64,000 nt of DNA. Source: an uncultured Thermoplasmata archaeon (GTDB lineage: Archaea; Thermoplasmatota; Thermoplasmata; UBA10834). Position numbers and translations under genes: made by a program. Position 1 is the first letter of the stretch, and every line of letters starts with the position of its first letter. The stretch lies in contig CAVRDX010000001.1 in NCBI GenBank assembly GCA_963719945.1, positions 768,001 through 832,000 of the forward strand, given 5' to 3'. Positions 20,124-30,142 of the stretch are shown one piece after another. The notes below the pieces were generated by a model. The model ran no database searches. It saw only the letters and a list, made by a program, of their open reading frames with translations, and had not been told where the DNA came from.

Positions 20124-21626
20124 TCAGAACCCTATCGGCAGGTTGGTGAATGCCTCCGCTGCCCGCAGACACAGATCCATGACCGCGTCAAAGTATATGC
20201 CCAGCACGACCGTCATCACGAGCGATATGCCAATCGCAACTGTCGTGAATCTCGGCACCTTGACCTTCTCCTCGGAACCTTTCTCCATGTACATGTACTT
20301 GATCACGCGTGCATAATAGTACAGTGACAACGCGCTGTTCAGGACCGCAGCCACGGCCAGCCATATCAACCAGCTCGGTCCCGGGTCACTTGAGCCGTAT
20401 ACCGCAGACGAGAAGAGCACGAACTTGCTTGCGAACCCCGCCAGCGGAGGTATCCCGGCCAGAGAGAATAGGAATATCATCATCGAGATCGCAAGGAATG
20501 GAGAACGCTTGCCGAGGCCTTTGAAATCATCCAATTTCTCCCCTATGGCACATGACGCCATGCCAGCGACGACCATGAAAGCGCCAGACTTCATGAACGC
20601 ATGCGTCAGGATATGGAATAGCGCACCCGCGACCGCATACTGCGTGCCGACAGGGAGTGCGATCAGGATGTAACCAGCCTGGGCGACCGATGAATATGCC
20701 AGCATACGCTTGATGTTCGTCTGCGATACCGCGATCAGGTTGCCCACGGTCATCGTCAGGATAGCCAATATCGCAATAGCTACATCCCAATCGGATTTCG
20801 TCACTATCAGACCGATCAGAAACACTTTGAAGAACGCTGCGAAGCCCATCTTCTTGGATGCCGCTGCGAGCAGGCCAGATATAGGTGTCGGCGCACCCTC
20901 GTACACATCGGGCGCCCACATATGGAAGGGCACGAGCGCCACCTTGAAGCCGAATCCTGCCAGGACGAGCACAGTGGCCAGCAATGCGAACGATTCAGAG
21001 CCTTCGAAAGCGGTGAAGGACGCATCCATCGCAGGACCCATAGCGGAAATGTTCGTCGTGCCGGCGATGCCGTAGAACAGAGAGATCGCGAATAGAGTGA
21101 GCGCGGACGAGAATCCACCTATTATGAAATACTTCGTCGCAGCCTCAGCTGAACGCTTCTCGTGCTTTCTGAATCCTGAGAGTGCGAATGATGATATGCC
21201 GGCGATCTCCAAACCTACGAATATGACGAACAGGTCGGCGGCGCTAGCCACCAGAGTCATTCCTGCGATTGCGAGGAGAATCAATGCATAGTATTCTCCC
21301 TGGTTCCTATCAGTCTTGATGAAGTCCATCGAGGTGAGCACGACTATAATGCCAACTGCGAGGAAAACCAGCATGAACAGTCCGGAGAACAGGTTGATCT
21401 CGACGAGAGCGATGCTGCTGCCAGGAGGGATCCAAGAATCCGTGAATAGCCAGGTCACGACCGCAGCCATGATGGCAATCATCGGGATCAGTGACGCGAA
21501 AGCCACCACCCTCTTGTCCTTGAACAGGTAATCCAGCCCAGGCATCAGAGTCGCAAATAGTATCAGCAATAGCTGCGGAAGGAACGGCTCCAGGGTATTC
21601 AGTATCTCCAATTCATCCACCTCCAT
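20124..21626 (-). CDS. nuoN: Complex I-like (Nuo/Fpo) subunit N
   Basis: SAEAATKYF, GFKVALVPFHMWAPDVYEGAP, KRMLAYSS, SLAGIPPLAGF. Confidence 0.95.
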   Translation of the reverse strand: MEVDELEILNTLEPFLPQLLLILFATLMPGLDYLFKDKRVVAFASLIPMIAIMAAVVTWLFTDSWIPPGSSIALVEINLFSGLFMLVFLAVGIIVVLTSMDFIKTDRNQGEYYALILLAIAGMTLVASAADLFVIFVGLEIAGISSFALSGFRKHEKRSAEAATKYFIIGGFSSALTLFAISLFYGIAGTTNISAMGPAMDASFTAFEGSESFALLATVLVLAGFGFKVALVPFHMWAPDVYEGAPTPISGLLAAASKKMGFAAFFKVFLIGLIVTKSDWDVAIAILAILTMTVGNLIAVSQTNIKRMLAYSSVAQAGYILIALPVGTQYAVAGALFHILTHAFMKSGAFMVVAGMASCAIGEKLDDFKGLGKRSPFLAISMMIFLFSLAGIPPLAGFASKFVLFSSAVYGSSDPGPSWLIWLAVAAVLNSALSLYYYARVIKYMYMEKGSEEKVKVPRFTTVAIGISLVMTVVLGIYFDAVMDLCLRAAEAFTNLPIGF

Positions 21627-23124
21627 ACAGCCTTAGAAGGATCTCTACAGCTGGCGTGATCTTCGAGAATATCAGCGACGGGAAGACCCCGAAGACCGCG
21701 ATGAGGACAATCAATATGGCAACGGGCACTCCTTCGTACCATGTGACATCCTTGAGGTGGGATGTATCGATCTTGTCAGTCATGGGCCCGAACATCGACT
21801 TCTGCAACGCCCACAGATAGTAAGCAGCAGTGATTGCAACAGCAATTACCGGGATGAATACCCACATGGACCATTTCAAGAAAGTCGCGTAGAACACCAT
21901 GAACTCCGCTGCAAAGCTGACCAGACCTGGTAGGCCGAGCGACGCGAGGAATCCTACGGTGATCATCGTTGCCGCGATGGGCATCCTCTTGGCCAGTCCT
22001 CCGAGCTGAGGAATCAATCTCGTGCCGCACTTGTGCTGCACAACACCGCACATCATGAACAATACCGCGGTTACCAGGCCGTGGGCGAACATCTGGAAGA
22101 CCCCGGCGACGATACCGACCTCACCCAGCGTCGCGAAGCCCAGAAGAACGAAGCCCATGTGACTTATCGACGAATATGCAACCATCTTCTTCAGGTCCTT
22201 CTGTGCCAGACACAATATGGCACCATAGAGGATGCTCACGACAGCAATGATGGCCATAAGCACGGAGAGGCTCTCGGCTCCTTGAGGCAGGGAGGTCATC
22301 GCGACCCTGATGATACCATATCCGCCCATCTTGAGCAGCAGGCCGGCCAGCAGCACGCTACCGGCAGTCGGTGCTTCTACATGTGCATCAGGAAGCCAGG
22401 TGTGGAACGGCACCATCGGGAGCTTCACACCGAAGCCGAAGAACATCGCAGCGAAGATGGCCACCTGCACACCCTTCGCGAAGCCCACGCTCACGCCTGC
22501 GATCGCTTCCATGCTGAAGGTCTGCAACCCAGCCTCGAAGTACATCGCCATGATGGAGATGAGCAGAGCCAGGCTCGCGACATGTGTGTATATGAAGAAT
22601 TTGATCGCAGCGTAGTCCTTCCTCGGACCGCCCCAGATGCCGATCATGAAGTACATCGGTATCAGGACGACCTCCCAGAACACATAGAACATGAAGTAGT
22701 CCAATGAAACGAAAACGCCAAGGACTCCGACCTCAAGAATGAGCATGAGACCGAAGTACTCCTTCGGACGCTTCTCCGTATCCCAGGAGAATATGATGGA
22801 CAGCGTGCATAGTAGGGTCGTGAGCACGAACAGTGGAAGGCTGATGCCATCCAAACCGACGATGTAGTTGATCCCGAGAGTGCTGATCCATGCATGTTCC
22901 TCGTAGAACTGATAATCGGAGTGATAGCCGGTCGCTGACGGCGATGGATCTGTCGCGAACTCGTATGCGACCAACAGCGACAGTATCAGCGCTGCGACCG
23001 AGAATGCGAGGGCGATGTATTTCGCATACTTCTCATACCTGCCCAACGAGAACGTGATGAACGCTCCGATGAGAGGAAAGAGTATTGTCAGAGAAAGCAC
23101 CGGCACACCTTCGAGCATCGTCAA
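21613..23124 (-). CDS. nuoM: Complex I-like subunit M
   Basis: FYVFWEVVLIPMYF, AAIKFFIYT, PFHTWLPDAHVEAP, LLKMGGYG. Confidence 0.95.
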   Translation of the reverse strand: MTMLEGVPVLSLTILFPLIGAFITFSLGRYEKYAKYIALAFSVAALILSLLVAYEFATDPSPSATGYHSDYQFYEEHAWISTLGINYIVGLDGISLPLFVLTTLLCTLSIIFSWDTEKRPKEYFGLMLILEVGVLGVFVSLDYFMFYVFWEVVLIPMYFMIGIWGGPRKDYAAIKFFIYTHVASLALLISIMAMYFEAGLQTFSMEAIAGVSVGFAKGVQVAIFAAMFFGFGVKLPMVPFHTWLPDAHVEAPTAGSVLLAGLLLKMGGYGIIRVAMTSLPQGAESLSVLMAIIAVVSILYGAILCLAQKDLKKMVAYSSISHMGFVLLGFATLGEVGIVAGVFQMFAHGLVTAVLFMMCGVVQHKCGTRLIPQLGGLAKRMPIAATMITVGFLASLGLPGLVSFAAEFMVFYATFLKWSMWVFIPVIAVAITAAYYLWALQKSMFGPMTDKIDTSHLKDVTWYEGVPVAILIVLIAVFGVFPSLIFSKITPAVEILLRLYGGG

Positions 23125-25083
23125 TCACCCTCCCCATGGCAATATGTACAAAACGAGTATCAACAGAAGGCAGATGCCAACCACGATGAGCCCTGCATAG
23201 CGCTGCACGTTGCCGTTCTGCAGTCTCCTTATGAAGTTCCCGGTATTGCCACCCAGGAACGAGAATCCGTTCACAATGCCATCTATGACATATCTGTCGA
23301 AAGCGTCTGCGACCAGCGACAGTCCATATACGACCTTCACGGCGAAGTCGTCATAGAACTTGCTGATATACCATCTGTTCTCAAGGGCGCGCTGGACCTT
23401 GCCGTTGAATCCGGTGGAGAACATGCTCCTATCGAATCCAGGAGTGAGGTAGATCTTCCTCGCGAGCATTATCCCGACGACTGCGAGCGTCAGCGACACA
23501 TAGGTCAGCGGATCGGAGAATATCTCGATCGCAACATCGGCCAGTGATTCGTGTGCTGCACCATGCAGCAGCCCCTCGATCGACAATTCCATGAATCCTT
23601 TGAATCCATCACCGATGAACAAGACGAATCCGGATGTCATGGCCAGCCCTGCAAGTATCATCAGCGGGACGGTCATTATCCTGGGCGACTCGTGTGCATG
23701 ATAATCGGACCTCGGCTCTCCTGCGAACGTCATGAACCACATCCGGAACATGTAGAACGCGGTCATGAACGCGGTGATTATCCCCATCAGCCACAGCAGG
23801 AAGAAGACGGAATCGAATTCCCCCGCATGCCAAACGGCTGCCAGCACCTCATCTTTGCTCCAGAAACCGGAGAACGGCGGTATGCCGGATATGGCTAACG
23901 CTCCGATCAGCATCGTGAGCGATGTGATCTTCATCTTCTTGCCTAAACCACCCATGAGTCGCATGTCGTTCGTGCCTATCGCGTGTATCACGCTTCCGGC
24001 GCAAAGGAACAGAAGAGCCTTGAAGAACGCATGGTTCATCAGATGGAATGTAGCAGCTGCATATCCTCCCGGAGAATTCGCATAGATGACCAGATAGCCG
24101 CCGGCACCCAATCCCAGAATCATGTATCCGAGCTGGCTGATCGTACTGTATGCAAGAACGCGCTTGATATCGTTCGCTGCCAATGCGACCGTCGCGGCCA
24201 ATATCGCGGTTACTCCGCCGATCACTGCAACGAACAGAAGGCTCTCAGGAGCATGAATGAGCAGTGGATACGATCTAGCTACGAGATACACTCCTGCCTT
24301 GACCATCGTTGCCGCATGAATGAGGGCCGATACCGTGGTGGGACCCTCCATCGCATCCGGCAACCATTCGTGCAGAGGGAATTGTGCGCTCTTTCCAATG
24401 GCTCCACCGAATATCAGCGCGGTAGCGAGTATCATCATATCCGTGGGTACTGCAGCGGCCCCAGATTCCGAGAAGAGTGTCTCGAAGTCGAGGCTCCCCA
24501 CATACTTGAACAGGATTATGATGCCCGCCATGAACATTATATCGCCCACACGGGTGACTATGAAAGCACGCTTGGCGGCACTGGCTGCGGACGGTTTCTC
24601 GTACCAGAAACCTATGAGAAGGTATGAACAAAGACCGACTAGCTCCCAGAATATGAACATCTGGAGATAGTTGTCGGATATCACCAGACCGAACATCACC
24701 GATATGAAGAGGGTTATCTCGGCGTAGTAGCGCCTCCTGCCCTCCCCTTCCTCGCGCATGTAGCCGCCGGAGTAGATCACTACAAGGGTGCCCACTATAG
24801 AAACGACCACTAGCATGAGCGCGGTCAACTGGTCTATCCATACGCCGAACTCGAGAGAGAAGTCCCCCACTTCCAGCCACTTGAACTTGGGGGTATCTGT
24901 CGTGAGGGTCTCACCGTTCAACACGCTCCATACGACCAATAGGGATAGCACCAACGAGCACAGGGTACCTGCGATGGCGTAGACTGCCCCTGATTCCCAC
25001 CAGAGTGTGCGTTTCGGCAGGAGCGCGATGAGTATGAACGCCACGAATGGGAAGACTGGGATCAGCCACGCGTACTCGAGCAC
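23125..25083 (-). CDS. nuoL: Complex I-like subunit L
   Basis: FWELVGLCSYLLIGFW, GKSAQFPLHEWLPDAMEGPT, HAATMV, HAFFKALLFL. Confidence 0.95.
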   Translation of the reverse strand: MLEYAWLIPVFPFVAFILIALLPKRTLWWESGAVYAIAGTLCSLVLSLLVVWSVLNGETLTTDTPKFKWLEVGDFSLEFGVWIDQLTALMLVVVSIVGTLVVIYSGGYMREEGEGRRRYYAEITLFISVMFGLVISDNYLQMFIFWELVGLCSYLLIGFWYEKPSAASAAKRAFIVTRVGDIMFMAGIIILFKYVGSLDFETLFSESGAAAVPTDMMILATALIFGGAIGKSAQFPLHEWLPDAMEGPTTVSALIHAATMVKAGVYLVARSYPLLIHAPESLLFVAVIGGVTAILAATVALAANDIKRVLAYSTISQLGYMILGLGAGGYLVIYANSPGGYAAATFHLMNHAFFKALLFLCAGSVIHAIGTNDMRLMGGLGKKMKITSLTMLIGALAISGIPPFSGFWSKDEVLAAVWHAGEFDSVFFLLWLMGIITAFMTAFYMFRMWFMTFAGEPRSDYHAHESPRIMTVPLMILAGLAMTSGFVLFIGDGFKGFMELSIEGLLHGAAHESLADVAIEIFSDPLTYVSLTLAVVGIMLARKIYLTPGFDRSMFSTGFNGKVQRALENRWYISKFYDDFAVKVVYGLSLVADAFDRYVIDGIVNGFSFLGGNTGNFIRRLQNGNVQRYAGLIVVGICLLLILVLYILPWGG

Positions 25084-25084
25084 T

Positions 25085-25405
25085 CTACCACCTCAGGATG
25101 TTTATCTTGTCGACATCGATCGTCTGATATCTTCTGTAGACCGATAGTATGATAGCCAGACCCACCGCGACCTCTGCGGCGGCGATGGCTATGGAGAACA
25201 GTGTGAACACCTGACCGGTCGCGTCAGGGACTGTATGCAGGACGCTATGATAGCTGCTGAACATCACGAGGTTGATGTTCGCCGCATTGAGCATTATCTC
25301 TATGCACATGAGCACGACGATGGCGTTCTTCCTGGACACTACGCCGTAGGCGCCCACGACGAACAGGAGCGAGCTGAATACGAGCCAGTACTCGATCGGG
25401 ATCAT
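25085..25405 (-). CDS. nuoK: Complex I-like subunit K
   Basis: LMCIEIMLNAANIN, AIAAAEVAVGLA; start set at MIPIEY. Confidence 0.93.
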   Translation of the reverse strand: MIPIEYWLVFSSLLFVVGAYGVVSRKNAIVVLMCIEIMLNAANINLVMFSSYHSVLHTVPDATGQVFTLFSIAIAAAEVAVGLAIILSVYRRYQTIDVDKINILRW

Positions 25406-25647
25406 TCCTTCTCCTCCTTTGCGAGAAAGATCCCGCCCAGCATTGCGACGAACAGGAGCACGCCTATCATCAGGACGACAAGAGCGTATCCGCTCGAATT
25501 GTCCGTCCCAAACATCGACCATGCGACGTCCTCGTTCGTGACTGCATCCATCTCACCTTCTGGCCAGGACACGCCGGTCACGACCAGAACAAAGAGCAAC
25601 GCGAGCAGAAGCAAAGACGAGCCTTTGATGATCGAATTGAGCTTCAT
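25402..25647 (-). CDS. Complex I-like subunit J, C-terminal half (FpoJ2-like)
   Basis: MKLNSII start; two TM helices ending LLFVAMLGGIFLAK; position between J1 and K. Confidence 0.8.
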   Translation of the reverse strand: MKLNSIIKGSSLLLLALLFVLVVTGVSWPEGEMDAVTNEDVAWSMFGTDNSSGYALVVLMIGVLLFVAMLGGIFLAKEEKE

Positions 25648-25907
25648 CGGTCGCCACTCCCCATTATCTCGCGCTTGGTCAGCATTATTCCGAACAGGAT
25701 GACGACTACGACTGCACCCACATACACGAGTATCTGAATTATAGCTACGAATTCGGCATTCAGCATGATATACATGCAAGCGACAGCAATGAAGCAGGTG
25801 GCCAGCGCCACTACCCCATGGATTATCTCCCTGGCTCTGACCACAAGAAGAGCAGAGACCAACGCCGACGCAGAAAGGAACAGGAATATGAACATCTCCC
25901 AGGTCAC
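25644..25907 (-). CDS. nuoJ: Complex I-like subunit J, N-terminal half (FpoJ1-like)
   Basis: AEFVAIIQILVYVGAVVVVILFGIML signature. Confidence 0.9.
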   Translation of the reverse strand: MTWEMFIFLFLSASALVSALLVVRAREIIHGVVALATCFIAVACMYIMLNAEFVAIIQILVYVGAVVVVILFGIMLTKREIMGSGDR

Positions 25908-26815
25908 TTCTTCACCCCCGGCATCTCGATCGCTCCGAACTTACATGCTTTGAAACATCGGCCACAGCCGACACATTTCTCGAACACGAAGACCGCGCGT
26001 TTCTTTGGCTTCCCCTTCTTGCCATCCTTGAGGGTCTTCTCGCTTCCAGGTATCTCCATCATGTAAATGGCATCTGCAGGGCACGCGCGCGCACATGCTG
26101 AACAACCTGTGCATTTGGATAGCAGCAATTTCGGCTCGGGCATCTCGAAGTAGGACTCGTATACCTCAGTCGAAACGAGGGCTTTCTCAGGACATGCAAC
26201 GATGCACTTCTCGCATGATGTGCACTTGGCGAGGTTGATCTCGGGCTTCTTCTTGTCGACCTTCTCGATGGGCATCATGGCAATGCACATCTCAGGGCAC
26301 TCACCCGCGCATTTCTCGCAGCTGGTGCACTTGGACATATCCAAGTATGGCAGCTTGCGGGACTGGCGCTCCTCCTTGAATGTAGAGGCGAATGCATCAT
26401 CACGAATGTCCTTCGGGCTGAGAACGAAGCTCTCGCGCTTGCGATCGGCCAACTCATATTCGGTCGTCAAGTGCAGCGCGACAGTAGGACATACTTCGGC
26501 ACAGAATCCGCAGAACAAGCATCTGCCTATGTCGACACCCGGCCTTTCTATCTTGCCGAGCTCCGGATCCTCAATCTTCTCAAGCCACATGCATTCGTTT
26601 GGACAGATATTGAGACAGTTACCGCAACCGATGCATCTCTTGAAATCGAGAGTGTGTTTCCCCCTGTATACCTGCGGCAACACCAGTTTCTCATGAGGAT
26701 AGAGAACTGTGTTGGGCCTGCCAAGTATGAACGAGCGCACAAACTGACGACCGGTGCGCATCATCGGCCTCACGACATACCCGAAGAAGCTCACCTTGCC
26801 TCGTTCCCTAACCAC
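25904..26815 (-). CDS. nuoI: Complex I-like subunit I with a polyferredoxin extension (six [4Fe-4S] motifs)
   Basis: T..YP.EK..LP..YRG.H, CIGCGNC..ICP, RCLFCGFCAEVCP, then four further CxxCxxCxxxC motifs. Confidence 0.92.
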   Translation of the reverse strand: MVRERGKVSFFGYVVRPMMRTGRQFVRSFILGRPNTVLYPHEKLVLPQVYRGKHTLDFKRCIGCGNCLNICPNECMWLEKIEDPELGKIERPGVDIGRCLFCGFCAEVCPTVALHLTTEYELADRKRESFVLSPKDIRDDAFASTFKEERQSRKLPYLDMSKCTSCEKCAGECPEMCIAMMPIEKVDKKKPEINLAKCTSCEKCIVACPEKALVSTEVYESYFEMPEPKLLLSKCTGCSACARACPADAIYMMEIPGSEKTLKDGKKGKPKKRAVFVFEKCVGCGRCFKACKFGAIEMPGVKK

Positions 26816-27941
26816 TGAACCACCCCATCGTCTTGAATGTGGCTGCTATGAGCAGGTTGAGGACGGCCAATGGCAGGAGCCGTTTCCATCCGAGCTCCAA
26901 TATCTGGTCGACACGGACCCTTGGAAGCGACCATCTCATCCATTCGATGACTACGAACACGGTGTAAGCCTTGATCAGGAACCATATCTCGTCCGGTATC
27001 AGGGATGGCCCCTGCCATCCACCAAGAAACAGCGCGGTGGCGAGCGCACCACCAGCGTATCCTCGAAGATATGATGTCATCATGAAGAATCCGAAACGCA
27101 TGCCGCTGTATTCAGTGGTCCATCCCTCGACGAGCTCGGCCTCCGCTTCGGGCAGGTCGAACGGGGTCACCTCCACCTCGGCTGCTATGCATACGATGAA
27201 TACAACCAGACCTATGAACAGGGGTATCGCGAACCATATGTCGTGCTGGGCATCGACTATCCCCACGAAACTGAAACTTCCAGAGAGCAGAATCACGCTG
27301 GCGACAGTCAACAACAGTGGTATCTCATAGCTCATCATCTGAGCGGCGGACCTCATCCCACCTATCAGAGTGAACTTGTTGTTGGAAGACCAGCCTGCGA
27401 GCAGAATGCAGAATGGCGCTATTGCGAATGCGGCGAACGCGAAAAGTACTCCAGCGGACACGAACTCTCCAGATTCGTTAGTCGCTATGCCGAAGTTGGG
27501 GCTCAACGGTATCGTCGCGAGTATCAGGAATGAAGAGCCTATGAATAGGACCGGAGCGAGAAGGAACCCGAGCCTGTCAGCCTTGGCGGGGACGATTATC
27601 TCCTTGACGAACAGCTTCATGCCGTCCGCGAGGTTCTGGAGCCAGCCACCGATCCTGTAACCCACGTAATAAGGACCATAGAAGTCGAATATCCTGCCGC
27701 TGAGTTTTCTATCCAGCCATATGAAGTTGAGGACGTTGATGAGCGCGACTATGATGACTATGAGCGATTCCAGCATTATGGTCATCACCGCGGTGTGACC
27801 GTGGGACCCTGCGAAGTCACCGACGTCGGTGAAGAAATCACCGAAGTACCAGGGAAGCACATCCCCGAGCCAGTACCATAGGTGGTTGACCAGGTCCACG
27901 AGCCACACAATTATGCCATTGCAGAATTGGAAAAGGTTCAT
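26808..27941 (-). CDS. nuoH: Complex I-like subunit H
   Basis: WLDRK, LQNLADGMKLFVKE, RSAAQMMSYE, PFDLPEAEAELVEGWTTEYSG, LPRVRVDQ; start set at MNLFQ. Confidence 0.95.
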   Translation of the reverse strand: MNLFQFCNGIIVWLVDLVNHLWYWLGDVLPWYFGDFFTDVGDFAGSHGHTAVMTIMLESLIVIIVALINVLNFIWLDRKLSGRIFDFYGPYYVGYRIGGWLQNLADGMKLFVKEIIVPAKADRLGFLLAPVLFIGSSFLILATIPLSPNFGIATNESGEFVSAGVLFAFAAFAIAPFCILLAGWSSNNKFTLIGGMRSAAQMMSYEIPLLLTVASVILLSGSFSFVGIVDAQHDIWFAIPLFIGLVVFIVCIAAEVEVTPFDLPEAEAELVEGWTTEYSGMRFGFFMMTSYLRGYAGGALATALFLGGWQGPSLIPDEIWFLIKAYTVFVVIEWMRWSLPRVRVDQILELGWKRLLPLAVLNLLIAATFKTMGWFSG

Positions 27942-27945
27942 GGTC

Positions 27946-29028
27946 TCACCTGTCACACTCCCCGATGCACATGTCCAATCCACCCATTATGGCCACGACA
28001 TCGGCCACCTTGTAGCCTACAAGCATACGAGGGGCTGCTGATACGGTTATGAAGATGGGACTACGGATCTTGAGGCGATACGGCTTGTCTGAGCCGTCTC
28101 CGACGACATACATCATCCCTTCACCCCTGGGATCCTCGACCCTGCCCAAGCCAGTGCCGATGGGTGCGTTCCTCGGAGCGACCGTGCGCCATTTGCCTGC
28201 GGGCATGCGCTGGATCGCCTGTCGGATGATCTTACAGCACTCCCACATCTCATCCATTCTCACACGATAACGCGCAAAACAGTCACCTTCAGGTCGTGAG
28301 CAGACTTCGAAATCGAGGTCCGAGTAGACGGAATAAGGCCGGTCCTTGCGCATATCATACTTCACACCACTCGCCCTTAATGGCGGGCCAGTGACACCAA
28401 GGTCGAGAGCGTCTTCCTTCGTGAGGAGGCCTACGTCGACATTCCTCATCATGAATATCTTCGAACCCTCGTACAGATCCTCGTACTCCTTCAGACGAGT
28501 CTCGATGTAATCGCATGCACGCAACGCCTCCCGGTCCCAGTTCGGCGGCAGGTCGTGCGCGACCCCGCCTATACGAGGATAGTTGTATGTCAATCGCGAA
28601 CCCGAAAGGCTCTGGAGAAGGTCCACGAGGACCTCCCTGTCCCTCATGGAGTAGATGAATCCCGCCATCATTCCGAGGTCCACGGCATATGCCGCGAGCC
28701 ACATCAGATGGGAGGCCAGTCTCTGCATCTCAATGGCGATCACTCGGATGTACTCTGCCCGCTCAGGGACCTCTATGCCCATCAGGTCCTCCACCGTCAT
28801 GCAGTACAGGTGACTCCATGTGAGCGAAGAACCGTAGCATAGCCTGTCCGCGAGCGGAATTATCTGCGGATAGGTCCTGTTCTCGCAGATCTTCTCGATG
28901 CCGCGGTGGAGATAGCCGACCTCGGGTTCCGCATCGACGATGGTCTCGCCATCTACCTTGACGCGGAGGTTCCACAGACCATGCGTCATCGGGTGCTGCG
29001 GTCCCATGTTGATCCACATTTCGGCCAT
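27946..29028 (-). CDS. nuoD: Complex I-like subunit D
   Basis: NMGPQHPMTHG, GYLHRGIEK, DRLCY, EDPRGE, C-terminal GECDR. Confidence 0.95.
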   Translation of the reverse strand: MAEMWINMGPQHPMTHGLWNLRVKVDGETIVDAEPEVGYLHRGIEKICENRTYPQIIPLADRLCYGSSLTWSHLYCMTVEDLMGIEVPERAEYIRVIAIEMQRLASHLMWLAAYAVDLGMMAGFIYSMRDREVLVDLLQSLSGSRLTYNYPRIGGVAHDLPPNWDREALRACDYIETRLKEYEDLYEGSKIFMMRNVDVGLLTKEDALDLGVTGPPLRASGVKYDMRKDRPYSVYSDLDFEVCSRPEGDCFARYRVRMDEMWECCKIIRQAIQRMPAGKWRTVAPRNAPIGTGLGRVEDPRGEGMMYVVGDGSDKPYRLKIRSPIFITVSAAPRMLVGYKVADVVAIMGGLDMCIGECDR

Positions 29029-29034
29029 CCATGA

Positions 29035-29544
29035 TCACATCCTGAAATCCTTGCGCAACGGGTGATACATCGTATCCTTCGGCAACAGTATCCTTTCCAG
29101 TTTAGGATGGTCCTTGAACACTATGCCCATGAGGTCATACGATTCTCTCTCGTTCCAATTCGCTCCGCCCCAGATCGATGAAATGGAATCGACTGTCGGG
29201 TCTTCCTTGGGCAGCTTCACGATGAGCTCCAGCATGATGTTGGATTGATAGGAATTGATGTGATAGACTATCTCGAACCTGTCAGGGTAGTCAACCGCGG
29301 ATATCATGGAGAGGTGCTCGAATCCAAGGTCATTTCTCAGGAGTCTGCATGCATCATGGAGACTGTCGCGAGCGATGATGGTGCGTATGAGTCCATCCCT
29401 GACCCGCTCAGACCCCTCGACCGACTTGCCGAACGCGTCGCTGATCGTCCGGAGCACATGCTCCTCAGGGTCCTCGCCTATCGTCAACGGGGCTCTTTCG
29501 ATGTTCCCCGTAGGGTCCTGGTTGCCTCTTCCCCCTCCCCTCAT
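29035..29544 (-). CDS. nuoC: Complex I-like subunit C
   Basis: SAVDY, ANWNERESYDLMGIVF.DHP.L.RILL...HPLRKDF; the true start may be TTG at 29487. Confidence 0.92.
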   Translation of the reverse strand: MRGGGRGNQDPTGNIERAPLTIGEDPEEHVLRTISDAFGKSVEGSERVRDGLIRTIIARDSLHDACRLLRNDLGFEHLSMISAVDYPDRFEIVYHINSYQSNIMLELIVKLPKEDPTVDSISSIWGGANWNERESYDLMGIVFKDHPKLERILLPKDTMYHPLRKDFRM

Positions 29545-29569
29545 ATATGATCCCCTGCTATCTTCTCCA

Positions 29570-30142
29570 TCATCGGCCCGTAAGAAGGCCGCGTTTGTTC
29601 TCCAAGATGATTTTCTGCAATTTCAGGAACCCGTCTATCAACGCCTCTGGCCTAGCCGGGCATCCGGGTATGTAAATGTCGACTGGGATGAAAGTGTCCA
29701 CACCAGGGACTACATTGTAACTCTCCCAGAACGGTCCTCCGGATATCGCACACTCACCCATGGCGATGACCCACTTGGGTTCAGGCATCTGATCGTATAG
29801 CCGCCTGAGAGCAGGCTTCAACTTCTTGCTCACGGGACCGTTGACCAGGAGCACATCGCACTGACGGGGTGTCGATCTGTATATGACCCCCATCCTCTGA
29901 GCGTCGAACCTCGGTGCCGAGGCGACGGCCATCTCCAAGGCACAACACATGATACCGAAATGAAGCGGGTAGATGGAGTTTCTCGTAGCCCAATTGAAAA
30001 AATCCTTGAGCAATAGGTCAAGAGCGCCACCCACGGGTGTCTTCTTGAGGATGACCTCAAGTGTCTCATCGGACCATTTGAGAAAATCCTTTGAGCGGAA
30101 CATCATGACCTGGCCCGCGGAAGGCTTGTCCCCATTGTTCAA
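29570..30142 (-). CDS. nuoB: Complex I-like subunit B
   Basis: Tandem-Cys CCALEM, TPRQCD, PEPKWVIAMGECAISGG, VDIYIPGCP. Confidence 0.95.
   Translation of the reverse strand: MNNGDKPSAGQVMMFRSKDFLKWSDETLEVILKKTPVGGALDLLLKDFFNWATRNSIYPLHFGIMCCALEMAVASAPRFDAQRMGVIYRSTPRQCDVLLVNGPVSKKLKPALRRLYDQMPEPKWVIAMGECAISGGPFWESYNVVPGVDTFIPVDIYIPGCPARPEALIDGFLKLQKIILENKRGLLTGR

Noticed and set aside
23122-23127. In-frame TGA joining nuoL and nuoM as possible selenocysteine or fusion
   Set aside because: The TGA is part of the GGTGA RBS of nuoM, both subunits are complete, and the position is not a Cys site
27946-30142. Group 4 [NiFe] hydrogenase interpretation of the membrane complex
   Set aside because: The D subunit lacks both complete CxxC motifs, the B subunit has the complex I tandem CC, and NuoA and NuoJ are present
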